Shown: positions 36,745 through 46,400 of the stretch, in pieces
Position numbering within the stretch: position 1 is the first letter of the stretch
How the letters are laid out: each line of letters begins with the position of its first letter
Assembly (NCBI GenBank): GCA_945952115.1
Contig: CAMFHA010000001.1
Span: 3,579-67,578 of the forward strand
DNA from: an uncultured Legionella sp.
GTDB lineage: Bacteria; Pseudomonadota; Gammaproteobacteria; Legionellales; Legionellaceae
Length of the DNA: 64,000 nucleotides
Reading direction: 5' to 3'
Made by a program: the position numbers and the translations under genes
The notes under the pieces: generated by a model
The model's input: the letters and a program-made list of their open reading frames with translations, nothing else
Told to the model about the DNA's origin: nothing
Databases searched by the model: none

Positions 36745-38034
36745 ATGGGTTTAGCTTTTCTTTATTTATTAAAAAAAAGAAAATTTTTACCTTTATTTAT
36801 TACTCAATTTTTTGGAGCTTTTAATGATAATGCATTTAAATTAGCAATGCTTACATTAATTAGCTATCGCCTATCCACTTCGCAGTCACAATCTGAACTT
36901 TACCAAGCCCTAGCGAGTGGCTTATTTATTATTCCTTTTTTTATTTTTTCTTCAATTTCTGGACAGGTTGCTGATAAATATGATAAAGCTTTGCTTACTC
37001 GTTTAATTAAGACTTTTGAGGTGTTGCTTATTTTTATTGGTAGCTTGGGTTTTTATCGAAGTAATATTATTTTAATGATGATTACTCTGACTGGAATGGG
37101 AATTCATTCAGCCTTTTTTGGTCCTATTAAATATGCGATTTTACCGGATCATTTATTAAAAAATGAATTGCTAGTGGCCACTGGGTTAATAGAAGGAAGC
37201 ACCTTTCTCGCTATTTTATTAGGCACAACTCTTGGCACTTTATCTATAGGAATTAATGCTACTATTCCCTATCTAGCTATTTTTATGACTTTATTGGCTT
37301 CGCTTTTGGGTTTGTTTGCCAGCCTGTTTATTCCCAGCGCTCCTCCATTAATAAACGATTTAAAAATTGATGTTTATTTGTGGCGTGCTACTTGGAAGAT
37401 GCTAAAACAAGCTAATGCCTCACCTGGTTTATTAGTGGCTATTTTAACTACTTCTTGGTTTTGGTTGGTTGGCGCTGTTTTGCTTACTAAATTACCCGAT
37501 TATACTCATTATATTTTAGGCGCTAATACAAGTATATTTGCACTTTTTCTTGCTTTATTTTCCATAGGTATCGCTTTGGGCTCAATTGGGATTAATAAGA
37601 TTTTAAAAGGACGCATTACTCTCTCTCTTGTACCTGCTGCAATGAGTGCTTTTGCATTATTTACATTCGATATTTATTGGGCGTCTCCGCAAGAAGGAGC
37701 TCAGTCTTTTAGCAGTGTTATAATTTTTTTTACTTATTTTAAACACTGGCGTATTGCAATAGATTTATTAATGTTAGGGGTTTGCGGCGGGCTATTTATC
37801 GTGCCTTTATACACCTATTTACAAGTCGCAAGCCATCCTGAATTCCGAGCACGAACTATTGCCGCTAATAACATTTATAATTCTTTATTTATGGTATTAG
37901 GCACAGTAATAGTGATGATCTTGTTGCATTTTCAGATCTCTATTCCCTTGGTTTTTTTGTTATTTAGTATTTTAAATGCACTAGTCGCTGCTATGTTATG
38001 GTTTTATTTACGACCAAAAAATAAAGTTACATAA
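36745..38034 (+). CDS. MFS transporter, lysophospholipid transporter LplT-like
   Basis: FFGAFNDNAFKLAML, SGQVADKYDK and FGPIKYAILPDHL...ATGLIEGSTFLAILLG parallel E. coli LplT blocks. About 12 TM helices. Confidence 0.65.
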   Translation: MGLAFLYLLKKRKFLPLFITQFFGAFNDNAFKLAMLTLISYRLSTSQSQSELYQALASGLFIIPFFIFSSISGQVADKYDKALLTRLIKTFEVLLIFIGSLGFYRSNIILMMITLTGMGIHSAFFGPIKYAILPDHLLKNELLVATGLIEGSTFLAILLGTTLGTLSIGINATIPYLAIFMTLLASLLGLFASLFIPSAPPLINDLKIDVYLWRATWKMLKQANASPGLLVAILTTSWFWLVGAVLLTKLPDYTHYILGANTSIFALFLALFSIGIALGSIGINKILKGRITLSLVPAAMSAFALFTFDIYWASPQEGAQSFSSVIIFFTYFKHWRIAIDLLMLGVCGGLFIVPLYTYLQVASHPEFRARTIAANNIYNSLFMVLGTVIVMILLHFQISIPLVFLLFSILNALVAAMLWFYLRPKNKVT

Positions 38035-38090
38035 TCCTAGAAAACGCAGTAGACACTCATAGTAGATTCAACTGCGTTTTCTAGGATTAT
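38031..38090. repeat. Hairpin element of the ATAATCCTAGAAAACGCAGT family (perfect 20-bp arms, 20-nt loop)
   Basis: ataatcctagaaaacgcagt (38031-50) and actgcgttttctaggattat (38071-90). The MFS stop codon TAA (38032-34) lies inside the left terminus. Confidence 0.9.
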
Positions 38091-38110
38091 TCAACAATAT
38101 TGCTCCTATT

Positions 38111-38275
38111 ATATACCTTCCACAAACGAGTTTTAGGATTTGATGCTATTGCTTTTTCCGTTTAGGCTACGTTTAAAAACTCGCAATAGAGTAGACTATT
38201 ACTCGCTTTTAAACGTAGCCTAAACAAAAAAATCAAGTCGCCTAAAACCCTAAAACTCATTCGTGAAAGGTATAT
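38111..38275. repeat. 165-bp nested palindromic element with TATACCTT..GAGTTTT termini
   Basis: Outer arms atataccttccacaaacgagttttagg and cctaaaactcattcgtgaaaggtatat. Inner perfect 19-bp arms gtttaggctacgtttaaaa and its reverse complement. Confidence 0.8.
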
Positions 38276-38304
38276 TTTTGAATTTTATAGATTTTATGGA
38301 CTGT

Positions 38305-39231
38305 TTATAGCCAATTTTTTACTGGCAAAAACTCAGTATAAAGGCGTTCCTCTGGACTGTCTTTTTCAGGTTTCCAGTCATATTGCCAATTAACCTCAGG
38401 AGGCAAGGACATCAAAATAGACTCTGTCCTTCCTTCAGACTGAAGACCGAATAAAGTGCCTCGGTCATATACTAAATTGAACTCTACATAACGGCCCCTT
38501 CGGTACTTTTGAAAAGCTTTCTCTCTTTCTCCAAAAGGAAGATGAGCTCTTTTTTCTACAATGGGAGCATAAGCTTTTATAAAATGATCGCCAATGCTAG
38601 CCATTAAACCAAAACTATGTTCAAAACTAATTTCATTAAAGTCATCAAAAAATAGGCCACCAATGCCTCTCGCTTCATTACGATGTTTAATAAAAAAATA
38701 ATCATCAGCCCATTTTTTAAATTGAGGATAAAGATGATTTCCAAAAGGCTGGCAAGCTGATAATGCGGTTTGATGCCAATGTTTACAATCCTCTTCAAAA
38801 GCATAATAGGGTGTTAAGTCAAAACCACCACCAAACCACCAAATAGCTTGTTCCCCTTCTTTAGGCGCAATAAAAAAACGTACGTTAGCATGAGCTGTTG
38901 GTACATAAGGATTATTCGGATGAATAACTAAAGAAACACCTAAAGCAGTAAACTCTCTGCCAACTAAATCTGGCCTATGGGCACTAGCTGATGCAGGTAA
39001 TTTATTGCCGCTTACATGAGAAAAATTGACTCCTCCTTTCTCAAATACAGCTCCTTCTGAGATGATACGAGTAATTCCTCCACCACCAGAAGGACGCTCC
39101 CAACAATCCTCTTTAAATTGAGCCGTTTTTTCTAAGGACTCTAGTTGAGCACAAATAGTATTTTGCAGTGTTAAAAGATAGGATTTAACTTGCTCTACAG
39201 CGTCATTAGGGAGGGTATCTAAGTTGGACAT
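38305..39231 (-). CDS. hemF: Oxygen-dependent coproporphyrinogen-III oxidase
   Basis: [32 protein letters not shown] and [16 protein letters not shown]. Start set at ATG 39231 (MSNLDTLP), giving ~308 aa. Confidence 0.95.
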   Translation of the reverse strand: MSNLDTLPNDAVEQVKSYLLTLQNTICAQLESLEKTAQFKEDCWERPSGGGGITRIISEGAVFEKGGVNFSHVSGNKLPASASAHRPDLVGREFTALGVSLVIHPNNPYVPTAHANVRFFIAPKEGEQAIWWFGGGFDLTPYYAFEEDCKHWHQTALSACQPFGNHLYPQFKKWADDYFFIKHRNEARGIGGLFFDDFNEISFEHSFGLMASIGDHFIKAYAPIVEKRAHLPFGEREKAFQKYRRGRYVEFNLVYDRGTLFGLQSEGRTESILMSLPPEVNWQYDWKPEKDSPEERLYTEFLPVKNWL

Positions 39232-39287
39232 AAAAGCCTGTATGGATAAGTGCGAAAGAAAATTAAATTTTCTCATTTTTTTTAAAT

Positions 39288-39302
39288 TGGCACAATATTT
39301 GC
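39288..39302 (+). promoter_or_regulatory. Sigma-54 (RpoN) promoter TGGCAC-N5-TTGC
   Basis: TGGCACaatatTTGC is an exact match to the -24/-12 consensus, 37 nt upstream of the flgD-like start codon, in the hemF/flgD divergent spacer. Confidence 0.6.
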
Positions 39303-39338
39303 TTTTTACTGACAGATCCAAATAAAGGGGAGATTAAG

Positions 39339-39938
39339 GTGAGTTTGGTGGATTCAAATGCAGTAATGAGTTCAATAAAAGGTTCTAATACTGAAGAATC
39401 TAATAAAGAGAAAAAAGGTTATCGTACACATCAATCAACCTCACAAGCTGATTTTTTGCTTAAGATAGCTCCTCTTAATTTCGCCCAAAGCCTTGAGAAT
39501 TTGCAATCTAATCACGCTTTGCAGGCTTCTGCTTTGATAGGACGAAAGGTTTTAATAAAAAATAATATTCTAAAATTAGGTGCAGAAAACAGTCTAAAAA
39601 TTTTTATTAAGACGGGTTCGGAATACTCTAATATCGCTGCTTCAATTTACTCTATCTCAGGTAAACTAATTAAAATCATTCCTATTGAGCAAATAACTCA
39701 AAATGAAATGCTAGAATTTTTTTGGGATGGTACAGATCAATATCATCGTCGAGTTCATTCATCGGTGTATACTGTTACTGTATCTGGAATCTATCAAGAC
39801 CAAATGGTTAATATATCTACTATGAGTTATGCCAATGTAGACAGTGTTAGCTTAGGGCAAAATGGAGAGGGTTTAAAACTTAATCTTGAAGGGCTTGGTC
39901 CTGTATCTTTAAATGTTGTAGAGCAAATACTAATGTAA
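39339..39938 (+). CDS. flgD: FlgD-like protein (flagellar hook-capping/rod-modification family), divergent
   Basis: ADFLLKI...ALQASALIGRKVLI resembles the FlgD N-domain. IYSISGKLIK...FFWDGTDQYHRRVHSSVYTVTV resembles the FlgD Ig-like domain. C-terminus VDSVSLGQNGEGLKLNLEGLGPVSL. GTG start with GGGGAG upstream. Confidence 0.6.
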   Translation: MSLVDSNAVMSSIKGSNTEESNKEKKGYRTHQSTSQADFLLKIAPLNFAQSLENLQSNHALQASALIGRKVLIKNNILKLGAENSLKIFIKTGSEYSNIAASIYSISGKLIKIIPIEQITQNEMLEFFWDGTDQYHRRVHSSVYTVTVSGIYQDQMVNISTMSYANVDSVSLGQNGEGLKLNLEGLGPVSLNVVEQILM

Positions 39939-39952
39939 CGCTGGAGTTTATT

Positions 39953-40387
39953 ATGGTGTTTAAACTATCTTATGAAGAAAATCCAAGCCAGGAAGACGTT
40001 GCTATTTTAATTCAGGGTGTTGTTAAAAATGCCCAGTTAAAAAAAGGATTAGATTCTTTAGATTTTTTTTCATTTTTCATTCGAGATGAAAATAATAGAG
40101 TCATTGGCGGTTGTTTAGGTGGAATGCTATATGGCGGTCTGCATATTGATAGTTTGTGGGTAAATGAATCCCATAGAAATAATGGTTGGGGAACTAAATT
40201 AGTAGAAGCTGCTTTAAACTACGGTAGAGAAAAAAACTGTCAGTTTGCAACCGTTAATACTATGGATTGGGAAGCTCTTGATTTTTATAAGAAATTAAAT
40301 TTTGAAATTGAATTTAAACGAATAGGTTATGAAAAAAATTCTGCACTTTATTTTCTTCGGAAATTTTTGTTCTCAAAAGAAGCTTGA
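39953..40387 (+). CDS. GNAT-family N-acetyltransferase
   Basis: LWVNESHRNNGWGTKLVEAAL (acetyl-CoA motif A Q/RxxGxG/A) and FYKKLNFE. Confidence 0.8.
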   Translation: MVFKLSYEENPSQEDVAILIQGVVKNAQLKKGLDSLDFFSFFIRDENNRVIGGCLGGMLYGGLHIDSLWVNESHRNNGWGTKLVEAALNYGREKNCQFATVNTMDWEALDFYKKLNFEIEFKRIGYEKNSALYFLRKFLFSKEA

Positions 40388-40470
40388 CGCTGCTAATTAT
40401 TTTGGTAAAGTGACCATAAAATTTCATCTACTTCATTAAGAGTAGATGGGCATTAGGCATTTTTATTATT

Positions 40471-43400
40471 ATGTATAAATCGGGACTTATTAATTTAACT
40501 CAGCCTCTTACTCATATCGATAAAATTAATGAAACAGCGATTTCAATTAATCAGAGTACAAATAACTATCAAGTTGATGAAGAACCATTCCATTTAATTA
40601 ACAAAGAAGAATTTATAGCGCTGGCGAAAAAAAACTCAGCTATTAGTAATCCCGAGCATTTTTGGGATATAGTCTTGGGGCAATATCAACACAATAATAA
40701 AGAATATAAAAATCATCAAGTTCAATATTTAACAGATGCTTCTGCTAATTTAATACTAGTTCATAGTAATAAATTTCAACAGGGAATTGATTTTCAGCAT
40801 TTGGCCAAAGGATTTTATTTAACTACTAATCCTCATACTCAACGTTGCGAAGTACTTCATTACAGTTCTGCTTTAAAAGAAGCGCAAAAATTAGAGCAGA
40901 TGCCTTTAGCAATTACTCTGGTGAATTCAGAACAGCCTATTTTTGAAGAAGACAATGCTGCTCTTTTTTCTGGAAAAAAAGAAGAGTGCTATCAGCTTCT
41001 TTTGTCAAAGATAAAAAATTATTGCAGTAAAGAAGAGTTTAATGCTGCATTTAAATATTTTTCTAATTTAATGGAGCATGAAAAAGATCTTTCTTATGAT
41101 GATTTCTTTTTGAGTCAGCGTTTACGTGAAGCAGATATTAATCCTATTGTTCTTTTAGGTCGTTGGGAAACAGTGATGAGCAATCATCAGCTAAAGCAAA
41201 CTGATCGTCTTTTGCAATGGCAAGCATTAAGTGCTCTGCCTTTATATAGCAGTTATGAAGCAATTAGAGCATTAACTGACTATTTTGGAGATGATAATCC
41301 TTGTGGTTTTCTATTACCTGAAATGGAATTAACTATAGGAAAGCTGGATTGGGAAAAAGGTTATCGAACAATTAATGATTTTAATCAGTTAGGTGGATTT
41401 GTGATTGATTTTGAACAAGCAGAAAAGTTCAAAAATAATCAGCCTAACGACATTAAAATATTAAAAAATAAACTTTATCTGTATGTTAAAAACAATAAAT
41501 TATATTGTTCTGTTAAAGAAGCACCGGCTGTATTTAAAGAAATTCCTATTCCTGAAACCTTAAATCATTATCAATCTATTGTCCAAAAAATAGTGAGCGA
41601 TGGAGATAACTTAAAAAGAGGACAAAGTAAAAATCCTCTTTCTCTTGCAGAAGAAAATGCTATTTATGATTTTGCCCGTATGCAATCTTATAAGCCTATG
41701 AGCAAAGATGAGGTTGATTTTTGGCGTTATATTGCTTATCAACCTAAGCGAAATTCCATTGCATTTTATAAAAAAGCCATAGCTTTAATTCAAGCAATGC
41801 AATTTAAAGAAGCCTTTAAGCCATACAAAGGAAGTATGTATAAATTGCTTGCTGCTTGTACTACTCAAAAAGCCCATAAAGCGGAGAGTATTCAAGAGGA
41901 AGAGCAAGAGCTGCAAACTTGGAAAAAATTATGCGATCGAATTAATAATTTAGAAAATAACTTGCCTTTTTGGATGAGAAAAGCGGGTATTGCCGCTGGA
42001 AAATTGATCGAGGGTAAAGCCGTCGCTGATTATATTCATGGTAATACTGCAATTACTATTTATCCTCACTTAGAATTTCAAGATGAGTTATTTGCAGCCG
42101 ATATTCAGACTATTTATTCTTTAGAGCTTAGAGATCTAGCTAATCCTGATGCTAAAATTAAAAAAATTGATGAGCATCGTATGCGATTTGTGGCTTTATT
42201 AGCTGCGTATTCAACAGATGTTTATGAGGGAGCTCGTTTTTATCGTCAACAAGGAACATGGCGGCCTTTATCCATTCAAGATTATATTTTGTTACAACAT
42301 CAACTTCATCAACGCTATCCTAAGTTAGCCGGTTTGATTGTACCGCATTTAAGTACTTTTAATTTAACTCAGTTAAATCAATTTAATTTTTTAGATAGCT
42401 TGCAAACCGATACAGATGGAAGATTTATTCATGAAAATGCTTTACGTTGTGTTATGTTTTTTTGGAAAGATGCCATTAATAACAATAAGCTGACTTCTTC
42501 TGATTTAACTAATTTATGGAAGATAGTGCAAAATCAAGCGGAATTTGAAGATGGAACAGAGTTAGAACTTAATGTTCTTCATTATTTAAAAGAACATTTT
42601 CGATTATATTTTCCAGAAGGTTATTTTGAAAATAAAGAGCAACTTCTTGAAAATCAAGCTTTTGATTTAACAGAAGTAGAAAAAAAGCAACTAAATCAAT
42701 ATCAATTTAAAGTAAAACAGGTTGAAGCAATTGAGATTATTGAAACTACTTTAAAGCGTAAAAATAAGGTTAAATTTACAGAATATTTTATTGAATTAAA
42801 TAATCAATTTTCCAAACTAAGGTATGTACTTACGGAATCTGATTTTAATTTTTTAATGCAACATCTTATTACCTTAAAAGAAGAATTCTCGCATGATATT
42901 TCTACTCTTATTGAATTAATTAAACAAATTCAAGCTAAAGGAAGTATTTCTAGTTTTATTCAAGTAATTCAAAGTCTTCAAAAAACAGCAGCTAATGAAG
43001 CGCTCTCTGAGCAAATCATTTTTTTTATTAAAGAAATAAAACCAATTATTACGCAACTTAAAGAACAAAATAAGCTTGCTTTTAATGGTATTGCTTTTGA
43101 AGAAATACTCATATTGCTGTTACTTTCTCTTAATACAGCTGACATGAAGAAAGAGAATTTTCATGAAGATATAGAGCATATTATTTTAACTTTAAATGAT
43201 ATTGCAAAAACTAATTCTATTGCTAAATCGTATTTATTATCTACAGTAGAGTTTTTTTTGAAACAGAACAAAGATTTTACTCAAATAAAACAATTTGTGG
43301 AGAGCTTAAAAGACATCTCTACTATTTTATCAAGTTCTTTAAAAGAGAGAGATACAGAAGAGCAAAATCAAACCAAAGAGGGGATGCTGACTTTTCATTC

Positions 43401-46400
43401 TTTATTAATTCATTTTTATGAAAAACCTGATTATTTAATAAAATTGCTTGAGCAGATGGATAAATTGGATCCTTCTTTAATTTTAGAGAATATTGAAGTA
43501 AAAGAAATTTCACAATTACCGTTACAAGAATTTTCATCTAATAGCCTTTATCTGAAGAAAATTAATAATGAAATTATTGAATATACCTTTTATGATAAGA
43601 AAGGAAATTTACAGCCTCCTTTTATTCTTAAAAAGGAAGCTTGTTCTTTCTTTAATAGCTTAATAAAAGAATTAACGCCTGCTATTCAATTAACAAATGA
43701 ACAAGAAAAAAAACTTTGGGATTTAATAAAAAAACAACGCCAACAGAGTAGTTTTAGTTGGTTATTTAATTGGTTTAAAAAAGAAGAAGTCCTTTCATTT
43801 ATTCCCTTATCCTCTGAAGAGCAACTTGAACATAAAAATCCTTCTACTGTTTATTTATATTGGTCTAAAGATTACAAGCATTTACATTATTTAATAACAG
43901 ATGTTACGTGCAAAACAACGGAGCAAGGATTTATTGAGAGCGATCAGTTAAATGAAGAAGAATTTAAAGATCTCAATAAAAGTTTTAACCCAGAAATAAA
44001 GCTTTCTTCTGACTTAAGTAATGAAATTTTAGCTTATGTGAATGAACATATTAAAAAGACCACTAGACCAATTCAAAAACGATTTATTTTTCAATTGGTT
44101 AGTCGTTTGTTAAATAATGGGCAATCGATTCAAGGTTTAGATAAGTTGATATCTTATTTAAATTCTACGCCTGAAGCAGTAGCTATATTAATTAAATCCT
44201 TGGATCGTCCGCCTTATCCTGATGTGGAAAGCATTTATCAATGGTTAAAAGAAAACAAGTTTATCGAACGTTATAATGCTTATTGCCGTGCGCCTTATGG
44301 CCCGCGCGAATTATCTTATGCTTTTCAAGAATCTTATTACGCCATACAAAAAACTAAGTATGAAGGTTTAGATACAACTATTTTCACTGATGAGCTTGGT
44401 GCTTTTTTTTCTAAGCAATTAAGTGCAAATCGTAAAAAATCGATACCTCAGTTACAGGAAGAACTTAATAAATTACGTAGTCTGTCTGATCAAGAGTTTT
44501 CACTAAATCATAAAAAAGAACTTTTATGTTTGTGTATTGAGTTTTTGGCACGAACTGCTGGGCAAACACATCCTGAAGATCCTAAAAAAATTATCAGTCA
44601 AGAATTGAATACGACACAAGTAATGACTGTATATGCCATGTTAGCCACTAATAATCCAAAATTAATTACTCAAATTGATACGGGAGAAGGAAAATCTCGT
44701 ATGGCAATGATTCTTGCTGCTTGTGAAATTTTGCGTGGTAAAACTGTAGATATTCTCACTAGTGATATTTTGCTTCTTGCTCAAAGAGATTATCTGGCTT
44801 ATTTTTCTTTTTTTATGAGTTTAGGTATTCCAAGCAGTTTAATAACGTTTAATACTCCTCCTGAGCTTTATTGTAAAAATGGTGTTAATTTTTCTGACGA
44901 TCGTCAATTGCTTTTATTGCGCAATCAAAGTGATATTTTAGGAAACCCTTTTTTTTATTTGACAGAGAACAAAAAAAATCGTTGCGTTATTTTAGATGAA
45001 GAAGATATTTTTCGTCATGATAAAGCAACGGATCTTTATAATTATGCAATCACCTCTACTCGGTTAAAAAGTTTTACTTGGATTTATCCTCATTTAGTAC
45101 AATTTATTGATGAACAACTTAAACAAGCAGAAAAAGCGAACGTTAAAGTACTTTCCTTAGAAGCTTTGATTCCTTTATTTATTCAGTACGCTCAAAAATG
45201 GGAAACAGAGGTTAATTATAATAATCTTTTAATCTTGCAAAAAGAGCGACCTGCTCAGATTAGCACTTGGCTAAATAGTGCTTATCATGCATTACGGTTG
45301 ACAGAACGACAACATTATACAGTTACGCCTAATAATCCTGCTAAAATGTTTACAGTTGTTGATTCCAATAACAAAGCGCGCTTAACGCGAAAGGTATTAA
45401 TTTTAGATCAGGGGCGTACTATTGAGGACAGCACTTATCCAGATGGCTTGCACCAATGTTTATGCTTTTTAGAAAATCAAAAAAATAAAGATGGTTTTGT
45501 TCTGTTTCCAGAAAATGCCACAGTACGCTCTTCATTAACAACTAATTTTATTGCTCAATATAAAGAAGGCCAGCTTTATGGTATTAGCGGTACTACACGA
45601 AGTCATTCCTCTCATTTTGATAAGGATATTAACCATGAGCATTATCACTATATCATTACTCCTCGTGAAAAAGATTTACAACGTGAAGATAAGCCTATTT
45701 GGTTAGCTAAAGATGAGAAACAACAAATTCAATTTATTAAAAAAGCTATTATTAAACAACTAAAAAGAAATGAACCTATTTTACTTATTTGTAAAGACGA
45801 TAATCAAAGTCAAAGCTTGTATCAAGCATTAACGCAAGATCCCGAAGTTGCTAGTTTATTAAAAAAACATCAATATATTCATGCTCTTTCTACTCCTGAA
45901 GAAAAGAAACAAGCAATTGATGATGCTGGAGGAGATGCCGTTTTAACTATTGCTACTAGCGGAAATTTTGCGCGAGGAATTGATATTCCAACTATTCATT
46001 CTTTATTAGTATTATCTACTTTTGTACCTACATTTGAAGATGAAATTCAGATAAAAGGACGAACTGCTCGGAATGGTAAAAAAGGCGAGTATCGCATGAT
46101 TCTTAATTTACAAGACTCTAATTGTGCTTTTAATGGCGCTACAGAGAATGCTGTTCGAGAAATCTATAAATTACAAGGTCACTGGGCTACTCAAGCTGCT
46201 TTTCGTGAAGAAGCCAGTAAATTATATGCAGATTTTCTTGAGGAAATAACTCAACTTTTTTTAAAAGAATATCATGAAGTTAAATTATCTGATGAAAATG
46301 GATTTGCCTCATTGGCTCTCTTAGAAGAGTGGAGTAATTATTTAGGCTTGATGCAAAAAGATTGGAAAAAATGTAGAGGTGCACTTTTATTGGCTCTTGA

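Noticed and set aside
40405-40420. GTAAA-N6-ATAAA upstream of the giant gene, resembling the CpxR GTAAA-N6-GTAAA site
   Set aside because: It has one mismatch in a 10-nt AT-rich motif. This is expected by chance in this genome and is not strong enough to report as a regulatory site.
44545-44560. TGGCAC hexamer (TGGCACgaactGCTG) inside the giant gene, and another at about 62945 in dnaQ
   Set aside because: The -12 element TTGC is absent and both are intragenic. Only the 39288 site matches the full sigma-54 consensus in a promoter position.
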